This document shows, piece after piece, positions 19,638 to 28,975 of a DNA stretch of 64,000 nt. The DNA comes from Bythopirellula sp. GTDB taxonomy: Bacteria; Planctomycetota; Planctomycetia; Pirellulales; Lacipirellulaceae. Under the pieces are notes generated by a model, which was not told the origin of the DNA, ran no database searches, and worked only from the letters and a program-made list of their open reading frames with translations. The stretch lies in NCBI GenBank assembly GCA_965216565.1, contig OZ244170.1:4768001-4832000 (forward strand), written 5' to 3'. A program made the translations under genes and the position numbers. The first letter of the stretch is position 1. Each line of letters opens with the position of its first letter.

Positions 19638-20869
19638 ACTCGCGCAACACAATTACCCTCCTCGGTCTTCTAGCTGGGGTGAGCTTTGCATTCCTCCTCC
19701 CAACTTCGTTATCGATCGCCGACGAACCCTTGGATGGTCGTGACGGACGGCCCCTCTCTCTGGAGAACTTTCGCCCGAAGTCTTCTCTCGAATTGCCAAG
19801 CCATACTCCCACGCAAGCTAAGTTTTCGGCAGTCGATGTGCATGTTCATGCACGCTACAAAATGCGACCCGTACCCGCCTTGCTCGATGCGTATGTGAAA
19901 TTAATGGACGCGCAAAACATCGCGGTTTCGGTGAGCCTGGATGGGAATCTAGGCGAAGCTCTCGAAGAACATAAAAAATTCTTATGGACCAACCATCGAG
20001 ATCGGTTCGTCATCTTTGCCAATATCGATTGGTTGGGCGACGGCGATCCGAACAAGCCTGCCACTTGGGACTGTCAACGGCCCGACTTTGGTCGTCGCAT
20101 GGCGATCGCTCTGGCAGACGCCAGAGAGCGCGGCGCGGTGGGACTCAAAATTTTCAAACGGTTGGGGCTCTATTACCGCAATCCGGATGGATCGTTCTTG
20201 AAGATCGACGATCGACGTTGGGATCCGATCTGGGAGGCTTGCGGAAAATTGCAAATGCCAGTGCTGATTCATTCGGCCGACCCAGTTGCTTTTTTCGAGC
20301 CGATCAATGCCACCAATGAACGTTGGGAGGAGCTTAGTCGTCATCCGGAATGGAGTTTTGCAGACGACAAGTTTCCTACACACGACGAATTAATTACTGC
20401 GCGAAATCAAGTCGTAGAGCGGCATCCCCAAACGAAGTTCATCGGCGCTCATGTCGCGAATTATGCGGAAAATCTGGCGGAAGTAAGTCGCTGGTTAGAT
20501 AAATATCCGAATCTCACCCTCGATATTTCGGCGCGAATTGCTGAATTGGGGCGACAACCTTTTACAGCTCGTAAATTCTTCATAAAATATCAGGATAGAA
20601 TCCTTTTCGGGACAGACGGTCCTCGCGAGCCTGGGCGGCTCAATCCGCATTGGCGGATGCTGGAAACTGCGGACGAGTATTTCACGTATGCAGAAAATCA
20701 GTATCCTCCTCAAGGTTTGTGGAATATTTATGGCCTCGATCTACCTGACGAGGTGCTCCGCAAAGTTTATGCCGAGAATGCTGCAAACTTGATTCCTGGA
20801 GTGCGAGAACGTCTGAATCGCTTTGCCAGTAAGGCTACGGAGCATCCGCCCTCGAATGCCAAGCAATAA
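19634..20869 (+). CDS. Exported amidohydrolase family protein (Amidohydro_2-like)
   Basis: Signal peptide; DVHVH, GLK, IH and AH metal-site motifs and ILFGTD. TTG start overlaps the fhcD stop. Confidence 0.88.
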   Translation: MNSRNTITLLGLLAGVSFAFLLPTSLSIADEPLDGRDGRPLSLENFRPKSSLELPSHTPTQAKFSAVDVHVHARYKMRPVPALLDAYVKLMDAQNIAVSVSLDGNLGEALEEHKKFLWTNHRDRFVIFANIDWLGDGDPNKPATWDCQRPDFGRRMAIALADARERGAVGLKIFKRLGLYYRNPDGSFLKIDDRRWDPIWEACGKLQMPVLIHSADPVAFFEPINATNERWEELSRHPEWSFADDKFPTHDELITARNQVVERHPQTKFIGAHVANYAENLAEVSRWLDKYPNLTLDISARIAELGRQPFTARKFFIKYQDRILFGTDGPREPGRLNPHWRMLETADEYFTYAENQYPPQGLWNIYGLDLPDEVLRKVYAENAANLIPGVRERLNRFASKATEHPPSNAKQ

Positions 20870-21008
20870 ATAATATCGCTGATCTATTCTCTCATCCCCT
20901 CTCACGTCTGACCAAACTGTTGCACAACAGTGCATGCCGAGGTTAAACTTGCTGCGCTAGGCTTGTTTCGTTGCCTGGCACTTATTGAGCCACCGCAGGA
21001 TTTTTTCG

Positions 21009-22667
21009 ATGATGCCCCCCGAAGCCGAAGCAGAACCAACAAACCCAATCCCCTCCGACTCTCAGGTTGAAACGACTGCTGCAGAGACATCTGTAGCACC
21101 AGAATCATCAACCGAACCCCCGCCAGCCGAGGCCGCGGTTGCGGCAACTCCGTTGCAGGATGTGGCGCAAGAGTCTCCCGAGCTTCGAGCCTCTGCCGAA
21201 GCCGAATCGAGTTCGCCCACAGATTCGGGAGCAAGCGATTCTTCAGAGATTGCGGCTGCTACCGGTAGCGAACATCGGCCTAGCGAGCGGTTGCAGATTG
21301 GTACCCAACGCGCAGACGATAGCGAACCTGCCGTTGCCAAACCGGTGACTCCTGGGAACGCGTCGAGTACACCTCAAGCCACCGAGCCCAAGACACCTCC
21401 CCCCCAAGTACCCAGCGTTCGACAGGAACTTCCTCCCGAACTCTTGCAAGAAGTCGAAGCAGCACTGGGAAGCGAGTCTGTGGACTCGTTGATCGAGCAG
21501 TCAGCGGCCGCCGCAGGTGGAGAAAACGAACTGGCCTCTGGGGCACGCCTACAGGCGAGCGTCGTAAAAATACACCGCGAAGATATCTTTGTGGAGTTGG
21601 GGGGACGCAACCAGGGTGTCCTACCTGCCAAGCAATTCGAAGGGAAGGACCTTCCCGAAATTGGCAGCCAAATCGAGGTCGCCGTTTCACAATTCAATGC
21701 CGAACAGGGTCTCTACGAAGTCTCCTTGCCCACAGCCGCTGTATCGGTAGGCAATTGGGACGAAGTGGAGGAAGGGCAAATCGTAGATGTCAAAGTCACC
21801 GGCCACAACAAAGGCGGCTTGGAATGCGAAGTGTCTGGGATTCGCGGCTTCATTCCTCTCGGCCAAGTTTCAATCTACCGTGTTGAGAATGTCGAGGAGT
21901 ACGTTGGCCAACGCCTGAGTTGTGTGGTGGTCGAGGCCAAGAAGAGCCGCAAGAATTTAGTCTTAAGCCACCGTGCACTCATGGAGCGAGAGCGGAAAGA
22001 AAAACGCGAACAGCTACTAAGCGAACTTGCTCCTGGCCAGATTCACGAAGGTGTGGTCAGAAGTCTACAAGACTTTGGCGCCTTTGTAGACTTGGGCGGC
22101 GTCGATGGGCTTGTCCATGTGAGTCAGCTAAGTTGGGAACGTGTGGCACATCCTAAAGATGTGCTGTCCGTTGGCCAAACGGTCAAAGTACGAATCGAAA
22201 AAGTGAACAAAGAGAGCGGTAAAATATCGCTGGCCTATCGCGATCTGGGAGCCAACCCCTGGGAAGACGTCACCTCGAAGTATCCAACCGGTGCCAAGAT
22301 AAAGGGGACGGTTTCTAAGCTGATGCAGTTTGGTGCCTTTGTAAAACTTGAACCAGGTGTAGAGGGCTTGATTCATATCTCTGAGCTTGGACATGGCCGC
22401 GTTCACCGCACGGGTGATGTACTGAGCGAGGGTCAGGAAGTCGAAGTCAAAGTGCTTTCGGTCGATGCCGAGGCTCAGCGGATCGGTTTGTCGCTCAAAG
22501 CCCTGATGCCAGCGCCCGCAAAGCCGGAAGGGAAGTCGAAAGGCAAAGACAAGGACATCCCATCTATCGACGAGATCGAATCGCGCAAACCCCGAGAGAG
22601 CGACAAGCATCTCAAAGGCGGTATTAGCACTCCCAGTGGTGGCGAGAAGTTTGGTCTGAAGTGGTAG
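21009..22667 (+). CDS. S1 RNA-binding domain protein (ribosomal protein S1 paralog, four S1 domains)
   Basis: S1 motifs IFVELGGRNQG, NKGGL..IRGFIP, DFGAFVDLGGVDGLVHVSQLSW and FGAFVKLEPGVEGLIHISEL, preceded by a long acidic/Pro N-terminus. Confidence 0.9.
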   Translation: MMPPEAEAEPTNPIPSDSQVETTAAETSVAPESSTEPPPAEAAVAATPLQDVAQESPELRASAEAESSSPTDSGASDSSEIAAATGSEHRPSERLQIGTQRADDSEPAVAKPVTPGNASSTPQATEPKTPPPQVPSVRQELPPELLQEVEAALGSESVDSLIEQSAAAAGGENELASGARLQASVVKIHREDIFVELGGRNQGVLPAKQFEGKDLPEIGSQIEVAVSQFNAEQGLYEVSLPTAAVSVGNWDEVEEGQIVDVKVTGHNKGGLECEVSGIRGFIPLGQVSIYRVENVEEYVGQRLSCVVVEAKKSRKNLVLSHRALMERERKEKREQLLSELAPGQIHEGVVRSLQDFGAFVDLGGVDGLVHVSQLSWERVAHPKDVLSVGQTVKVRIEKVNKESGKISLAYRDLGANPWEDVTSKYPTGAKIKGTVSKLMQFGAFVKLEPGVEGLIHISELGHGRVHRTGDVLSEGQEVEVKVLSVDAEAQRIGLSLKALMPAPAKPEGKSKGKDKDIPSIDEIESRKPRESDKHLKGGISTPSGGEKFGLKW

Positions 22668-22727
22668 CCATTCCACTCAGCATTACTAGCCTCGAACTTC
22701 CAGAACCCCTCACCCCCTGCCCTCTCC

Positions 22728-23690
22728 ATGTTCCACTGGGATAATGGGATTTTTCTCACGGGAGCCAACCTGGCGCTCGATGTCCGACGTCGACAAGCGC
22801 GGGGATTTATTTCGCATGCCCATGCCGATCATATTGGCCCTCACGAATTGGCGCTCTGCACGCCCGCTACTGCTCGGTTGTACCAGCATCGCCGCGGCAT
22901 GCATCGCAAAACAAAAGAGATGCCATTCTTCGAACCGTTAGAGTTTGGCCCGCTCAGACTAACGACATATCCCGCCGGCCATTGCCTAGGTTCCGCAATG
23001 TTGCTGGCCGAGGATGGCGAAAAATCGCTGCTCTACACGGGCGACTATAAATTAGGTCCTTCGGCAACCAGTCGAGAAGCTCAATTGCCACAGGCGGACA
23101 TTCTGATCATGGAATCGACGTTCGGTCGCCCCAAATACCGCATGCCGCCGCGTGAAGAGGTCATTCAGCAACTGCTAGAACTGGTCCATGAAACCTTGGA
23201 ACAAGGCCGCACTCCTGTTTTGCATGCCTATGCGTTGGGGAAGGCCCAAGAGGTGACCAAGCTCTTAACCGATCAAGGCATCTCGGTGCTGCAGCATTCG
23301 CAGACCTTTGCTGTGAGCGAAGTGTACCAGAAGTGTGGCATGGAGTTAGGGGACGTGGCCGAGTATCGGAGCAAACTTGTGCCGGGACGGGCGGTCGTCA
23401 CGCTACCCCGTGGCGTGCGGGGCTTTCGCCTGGCGGGCATCAGCGAACCTGTCAGCATTGCCGTCACCGGTTGGGCCATCGACCCGGGAACGTTGTACCG
23501 ACTTGGCGTCGATCATGCGTTGCCGCTTTCCGACCATGCCGACTTCAACCAACTGCTGCAAACGGCTGAAGAAGTTGGTGCTCGGGAAATCTACTGTACG
23601 CACGGGCCCCGCGAATTTGTCGAACATTTACGGGCGGAAGGATTCAACGCCTTCCCAGTAACCGGCAGCTACCAAACACGAATGTTCTAG
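22728..23690 (+). CDS. MBL-fold metallo-hydrolase / beta-CASP-like nuclease
   Basis: SHAHADH, AGHCLGSA, YTGDYK, MESTFG, YALGKAQE, LSDHAD and THG motifs. Confidence 0.92.
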   Translation: MFHWDNGIFLTGANLALDVRRRQARGFISHAHADHIGPHELALCTPATARLYQHRRGMHRKTKEMPFFEPLEFGPLRLTTYPAGHCLGSAMLLAEDGEKSLLYTGDYKLGPSATSREAQLPQADILIMESTFGRPKYRMPPREEVIQQLLELVHETLEQGRTPVLHAYALGKAQEVTKLLTDQGISVLQHSQTFAVSEVYQKCGMELGDVAEYRSKLVPGRAVVTLPRGVRGFRLAGISEPVSIAVTGWAIDPGTLYRLGVDHALPLSDHADFNQLLQTAEEVGAREIYCTHGPREFVEHLRAEGFNAFPVTGSYQTRMF

Positions 23691-23767
23691 GGCTTTGCGT
23701 CCTCATCAAGTTTCGGTTTGTTGCGGTATCGGGGGATGTTTGAATGAATTCATTCGCGTGAAGAGTT

Positions 23768-23799
23768 CTGTCATCCCTCGGCAGACCTCGGGATGACAG
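23768..23799. repeat. REP-like palindrome (TGTCATCCC...GGGATGACA type)
   Basis: CTGTCATCCC-N12-GGGATGACAG, a perfect 10-bp inverted repeat in an intergenic region. Confidence 0.65.
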
Positions 23800-24065
23800 G
23801 TAGGACATGACAGGTGGGTCAGAACTCAGGTCTCCAAAATCGAGTCTGCAGGCGATCTAGTTTGACGGTTACAGCGGGTGCTAGCAGAGCGAGGCGGAGG
23901 GCTGTACCGCCTGTAGTGTCCGCCTAGTGCCTTCGCTAGCACAATCGTATGGGTTTTGCTGGTTTCGCATGCTTGCGTTAGACGAATCTGAAATTGCCGA
24001 GCGCAAATTCCGTCGGGCCGAGCGCAGGGACTGTGAGCCGAATAGTATCCCAAGGAAGGGAATCG

Positions 24066-25757
24066 ATGACCCAAAAAAGCGGGACAATAGTCTCCATCTT
24101 TCGCCGCGCGCATCGATGCCTGCCATTACTCTTCGTGTTGGTAGTACTGTCCTGCTGTGCGCTGTTATTTTTTGGACATGCGTCATCAAGAGCTCCGAGC
24201 AGAACTTCCACAGTTGCACTCAAGTCCGACCGGACGGCGACCCCAGCTATTGATAAGGTTCGCCGTCCAGAGATGCAGAAGGACAGCGAGGTCCAACTGG
24301 TAGGTCTACTACCTGCGTTACCTGACGTGGATTTCGAGCCCGGCGAAGCGAATTCCAAGCAGCCCGCCAGCCAGACGGAAGAAAACCTCTATTGGGAATT
24401 CACCGTTGAGGTTTCGGCTGATGAGGTTGAGGTTTCCGCTGATAAGACCGCAGAGGAAGCTGCCGAACTGCAGAGCGATAGCTCGCCAAGTGAGACGGCC
24501 GCGTCGACGGAGCCGTTTGCCTTTCTGCTCGCACCTCAGCCAGTTCCACAAGAAGAGTTGGAAAATCATGAGCCAGAGCAACAACCCACGCTTACTACCG
24601 AGGAGCTGGCTCTTGAGTTTCCCCCCGAAGCGAATAGCGGGACAGACCTGCCAAAAGTAGCTTCCTCAAACGAACCCGAATACGTAACAACGCCGACCTT
24701 CAGCAATCCAAATGACAGCCTCGAACGAGATGTCGAGAGTGACCTCAGCATAAATCAGAGCACCAAAGAATTCGCAGAAGTAGTTACCGAAGAGCAGCAA
24801 CTGGTCGCTCTGATACTTCGGGAGTCAACCAACGCCACGACTGGCAATCTCACGAATTCTCGCGTTAATCAGCTGGCTATCGCGAAAATAGCCGAAGCGA
24901 ATGTGCTGGCAGATCGAGGTGCCACGTTCGCGGCGCGGCAACGATTGATCGAGGTCTTGCGATTGGTTTCACAATCGAAAGATGCAGCCCAAGGCAAGCG
25001 CGAGCACTCTCTGGCGCTGAGATCCGGATTGCGGGCGCTGGAGGAAGCGGAAGACTTCTCGCCGCGCGGCTCGCAACTGGAAGCTGAGCTAAACATCGAG
25101 CTTGTGGTCGATGCCCATCAGACCCCTGTGGCTGAGCAGCTCGATTTGGATCGAGAGCTTCCACGTCAAATGGTAGAGCGGTATCTGCGGTACGCTCAAA
25201 TCAAATTGTCGATGTCGGTCGCCGGCGATCCAGCTGGTTCGATGGCACTCTACGCGTTGGGCAAGGTCACCAGTCGCATGGGCAAGAGTGAAAAGTTGGC
25301 GAATCCGTTGGCTCATCAGCAGGCGGTTGCTTTTCAGCAGGCGGCCGTACTTTCGCGAAGTGATAACTACTTTGCGACACACGAGCTGGCGGTTTTACTC
25401 GCCGAGTCAGGCCATCTGGGGCAATCGCTCGAGCTGCTGGTAGGGTTAGCAAACTCGCATCAAAACCCAACGCTGTTTCGGAATTTAGCCCGGGTACAGG
25501 AGCAACTGGGGCTGCCTGAACAGGCCGCAGCAACCCGCTCGATGGCCATCGCCATGACCAGCAACAACCCGCAACAGAGCGGTCGCGTTCACTGGGTTGC
25601 CCCGCATCAGTTTGGAAGTTCCTCCGTGCCTTCTCAGTATGCAACACCCAGCAATATGGTGATGAAGCCAACTCACGATCGGCGTACTGCCCAAGTTCCA
25701 ATCAGCCGAAACGCCGTGAGAACCCCTCACCACTTACCCCCACAACAGTGGCGCTAA
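24066..25757 (+). CDS. Membrane-anchored hypothetical protein with an acidic linker and a C-terminal TPR-like region
   Basis: RBS upstream of 24066, N-terminal TM, helical C-terminus (ALYALGK, HELAVLLAESG, FRNLARVQEQLG); sits directly upstream of the second Wza. Confidence 0.78.
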   Translation: MTQKSGTIVSIFRRAHRCLPLLFVLVVLSCCALLFFGHASSRAPSRTSTVALKSDRTATPAIDKVRRPEMQKDSEVQLVGLLPALPDVDFEPGEANSKQPASQTEENLYWEFTVEVSADEVEVSADKTAEEAAELQSDSSPSETAASTEPFAFLLAPQPVPQEELENHEPEQQPTLTTEELALEFPPEANSGTDLPKVASSNEPEYVTTPTFSNPNDSLERDVESDLSINQSTKEFAEVVTEEQQLVALILRESTNATTGNLTNSRVNQLAIAKIAEANVLADRGATFAARQRLIEVLRLVSQSKDAAQGKREHSLALRSGLRALEEAEDFSPRGSQLEAELNIELVVDAHQTPVAEQLDLDRELPRQMVERYLRYAQIKLSMSVAGDPAGSMALYALGKVTSRMGKSEKLANPLAHQQAVAFQQAAVLSRSDNYFATHELAVLLAESGHLGQSLELLVGLANSHQNPTLFRNLARVQEQLGLPEQAAATRSMAIAMTSNNPQQSGRVHWVAPHQFGSSSVPSQYATPSNMVMKPTHDRRTAQVPISRNAVRTPHHLPPQQWR

Positions 25758-25778
25758 GCAACATAGGAAAGCCCACGC

Positions 25779-27023
25779 ATGCGACCCGAATCTAACGAAC
25801 AACAAAACACTGGACGACGCAAAATCGCACAGAGATGGTTGGGACTCTGTTATGCGCTGACGGTGATTTCAGCTTGTTGCCTGATACTTGCTTGCTCGCC
25901 GCGGGCGCACGCGCAAGCGCTTGGTCCTGCTGCCCCCCACAGTATTTGGGGAGTCGATAGTATGAGCGGGTTTAAGTGTGGCTGCCCTCAAGGGGAAGTC
26001 GGCTGGGAAACCCGAGGCTGCGTCGATTGGCAAGCCTACGCCCAAGGCGAGTATGTGGGCCGTGCTCGAATTCAGCACGTGCCGGAATATCGTATCCGCG
26101 TCGACGACCGTATCGCATTTGTGTTTCGACTAACGCGTGAGGAATCGGTACGTCCGTACGAATTGCAGGTGGGTGACGAGCTACGGATTGAGTCGCTCAC
26201 CGGCGATAGCCCTGCGCCTGGCGAGCAACGAGACGAAAACGACAATATCCGACGTGAATTAATTATTCAGCCAGACGGTACGATTAGTTTGCCCTTGCTG
26301 GGTCAGGTACGGGCAGCACGGATGACCATCGATGGGCTGCGCGAGCACTTGGAAGAGCGTTACAAGAAGTTCTATCGTGTCCCTGCCATCACAGTGACTC
26401 CGCTGAAGGTCAATACTCGGCTGCAAGACCTTATCGAGTCGGTCGACGCCAGGCAAGGCACTGGTGGTTTACAGTTAGAGGTGAATGTCACCCCGGCCGG
26501 AAAGCTTTATCTGCCTGGACTTGGTGCCGTTTTTGTTCAGGGTCTTACCTTGGAGGAACTCAAGGCAGAGATCGACGCCCGTTACTCGGCAACCATACCC
26601 GGCGTGGCGATTACCCCCGTGCTTACACAGCGAGCTCCTCGTTTCGTCTACGTGCTGGGTGAAGTCGCTCAACCAGGACGATTCACGTTGGAAGGTCCTA
26701 CGACACTGATGGGTGCCATCGCGCTGGCGGGCGGGTGGAACCAAGGTGCAAATCTCCGCCAGGTGGTGGTCTTTCGCCGCGGCGAAGACTGGCGATTGAT
26801 GGCCACCATGCTCGACGTGCAAGGCGCTTTGTACGGTCGTCGGCCCACGCCTGCAGACGAAATCTGGCTCAGCGATACCGATGTGGTGGTCGTGCCGAAG
26901 ACGAAAATCCAGGTCGCCGACGAAGTGATCGATCAATTCTTCAGCCGCGGACTTTATAGCCTGTTTCCGCAGTTTTCGTTTGGTCAGTTCAACTTCGACA
27001 ACTTCCGCTCGATCAGCAACTGA
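25779..27023 (+). CDS. Second polysaccharide biosynthesis/export protein (Wza-like)
   Basis: YRIRVDD, YELQVGDEL, IQPDGTISLPLLGQV, VYVLGEVAQPG, TLMGAIALAGG and DTDVVVVPK. Confidence 0.9.
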   Translation: MRPESNEQQNTGRRKIAQRWLGLCYALTVISACCLILACSPRAHAQALGPAAPHSIWGVDSMSGFKCGCPQGEVGWETRGCVDWQAYAQGEYVGRARIQHVPEYRIRVDDRIAFVFRLTREESVRPYELQVGDELRIESLTGDSPAPGEQRDENDNIRRELIIQPDGTISLPLLGQVRAARMTIDGLREHLEERYKKFYRVPAITVTPLKVNTRLQDLIESVDARQGTGGLQLEVNVTPAGKLYLPGLGAVFVQGLTLEELKAEIDARYSATIPGVAITPVLTQRAPRFVYVLGEVAQPGRFTLEGPTTLMGAIALAGGWNQGANLRQVVVFRRGEDWRLMATMLDVQGALYGRRPTPADEIWLSDTDVVVVPKTKIQVADEVIDQFFSRGLYSLFPQFSFGQFNFDNFRSISN

Positions 27024-27052
27024 CATCCGTCGACATCCGCTCGGCTTGCCAA

Positions 27053-27325
27053 TTAGATTTCGATGTGAGTCACTCCCGCCACTTCATCGAAATGCCCAAT
27101 CTTGAGCACGGTCCCGCCTGAACCAGGCATTTCAGCCACGAAAGCCGGATCACACACCATCACTGGTGGAGTCAACGCAAGCGTCAGTGCTGAGCTGACT
27201 GCCGAGGCATAGGCCGCACCAAGAGATAGCGTCACAAACCACGGCATGGCACCCGCCGCCAACTGGAGCAGATGGTCCCGCTTAATTTGCGAGAGCTGTT
27301 CCTCAAGGCGAGCGAACTGTATCAG
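27053..27325 (-). pseudogene. Probable 3' remnant of a truncated gene
   Basis: 90-codon protein-like frame (LIQFARLEEQLSQIKRDHLLQ...VCDPAFVAEMPGSGGTVLKIGHFDEVAGVTHIEI*) bounded upstream by an in-frame TGA (27326-27328), with no good start or RBS. Confidence 0.45.
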
Positions 27326-27476
27326 TCAATGAGAAACGTCCGTACTAAGAGCTTTGTTATTCCGCGCAACTGTAGTCGCCACAGGTTGGTAACCCGTAGC
27401 CGTTAACGTTTGCGATTCGGTTTGAAGGAGACGATATTGGGGAGAATCGAAACGAATCCCATAAAGGTGAATGAGC

Positions 27477-27797
27477 CTAAAAGTCCAACTCCCCGTCGAG
27501 CCATCGGAGGTAGCTTTCCGATCCAGCCGTAATCGCTACGGCAAGCACCTCCGGACAGTCGTAGGTGTGAACTTCACAGATCGCTGACTCCACTCGCGCG
27601 AATAGAGTCTCACGAGTTTTCGCCGTGCAGAGCCATTCTTGGGAACGTTCCACGTTGCCTTGCCAGCGGTAGACGCTTTCGATCGGGCCGGTGATTTGCA
27701 CGCAAGCGGCAAGCCGTTGCTCAACAAGTGCGGTGGCAATTTCCTGCGCTCGTTTTGCACTGTCGGTTGTTGTCGAGACTTGGATGAACTCACTCAT
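27477..27797 (-). CDS. cutA: Divalent-cation tolerance protein CutA
   Basis: LVEQRLAACVQ, SVYRWQG, KT and HTYDCPE..YLRW motifs. Start overlaps the upstream stop (ATGA). Confidence 0.95.
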   Translation of the reverse strand: MSEFIQVSTTTDSAKRAQEIATALVEQRLAACVQITGPIESVYRWQGNVERSQEWLCTAKTRETLFARVESAICEVHTYDCPEVLAVAITAGSESYLRWLDGELDF

Positions 27798-28975
27798 ACA
27801 TAGGCTCCGTAGAATCGATCGGCCACCTCCAAACAGTGAAACGGTAACCACTCTCGTCGCGTGTACACAGCGTGACCCCAGATGCGCAGCTTGAGGCCTT
27901 GCTCGCGGTAGTCGACTAGCAGTGTCGTGCCCTCATTATGCACGCGGGTCCCATGTCGCAGCCGCCGGAGGATATTCTCGCGGGTAAGTTCTGACTGCAG
28001 GAGTTGATTAAGCCGCAAGTCGGCAAGCAGGGTCCGTACAAAGATTGGGATGGGAATAAAGTTGGTCCCCGAGATGCCGATCTGCTGTACATAGTCGCCG
28101 TACTTGGCAAATAGCAGAGGCAGTATCCTCATCGGTACCGGTGTTTGATATTCGATTCCTTGCGGCGGCATGCGATGGTGAACGAAGTGCAATAGCATGT
28201 CGTAGCCGTCGGTGTCCCAGCCATAGCGGATCGGTGTGCCAAAGGTGACGATGTCTATCTTAAGTCGTCGCAGCGGGTGATCGGACGTGGACAATATTTC
28301 CTGAACCTCTTTCCAGGCGGGCATATCGACGTGCCGGAGGATCCAAGGTGTGAAAAAAGATCGTGCGGCCGTGAAGAAATCGGCAAGTGATTCTTCATCG
28401 GCTCCTAACAGATTCGTTAATAGCGAGAATACGTTGCCCCCATGGCTGTGACCCCAAAGTAGCACACGTGGAGTTTCGCGCGACGATTGATTCTCGCTGA
28501 ATACTTGCTCTGCATGGCGAGCAAGTACTGCGATGAGCCTAATTGCGCCGTCGGCTCGGCCAATATGATTGTTTTGGCTCGACCAATTGAAGAACCGAAC
28601 CGGAATAGTTTGCTCTGCGCCGGTAGCAAGTCCTTCTTCGAATTCGCGAGAATATCGGGGCGTGAAGTTGCCTGCTTCGCCGGCAAAAAGATTGACCGTC
28701 CCTTTGCCTAATCGGGCAATGGAGCCACTAATGCGTGGAGCGATGCGTTCTAACTCTGTCACGAATCCCAAGGAATCGCTTCCCGAGAACGTGCCATGGA
28801 CGCAATAGATCGCAGTGACCCCGGCACGACCGAAGACCTCGCCTGCCTGCCGAAGTGCCTCGTCGTACTCAGCCGACGATGGGGTTGTGGGAGATACTTC
28901 CGGGAGCAATTGGTACGGCGAAGTGGGGCGCTCGGGCCGGTACACCTGGTGTCGAAATCGGTTGCCCGTGGGCAT
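27794..28975 (-). CDS. Alpha/beta-hydrolase-fold protein
   Basis: VHGT oxyanion segment, WGHSHGG nucleophile elbow, VTFGTP and a C-terminal GH. Confidence 0.8.
   Translation of the reverse strand: MPTGNRFRHQVYRPERPTSPYQLLPEVSPTTPSSAEYDEALRQAGEVFGRAGVTAIYCVHGTFSGSDSLGFVTELERIAPRISGSIARLGKGTVNLFAGEAGNFTPRYSREFEEGLATGAEQTIPVRFFNWSSQNNHIGRADGAIRLIAVLARHAEQVFSENQSSRETPRVLLWGHSHGGNVFSLLTNLLGADEESLADFFTAARSFFTPWILRHVDMPAWKEVQEILSTSDHPLRRLKIDIVTFGTPIRYGWDTDGYDMLLHFVHHRMPPQGIEYQTPVPMRILPLLFAKYGDYVQQIGISGTNFIPIPIFVRTLLADLRLNQLLQSELTRENILRRLRHGTRVHNEGTTLLVDYREQGLKLRIWGHAVYTRREWLPFHCLEVADRFYGAYV

Noticed and set aside
18708..19652. 314-aa minus-strand ORF
   Set aside because: Antisense shadow of the well-supported fhcD, with no recognisable motifs.
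19634..20869. Amidohydrolase as FhcA
   Set aside because: It has a signal peptide, is shorter than FhcA/FwdA and shows Amidohydro_2-type motifs.
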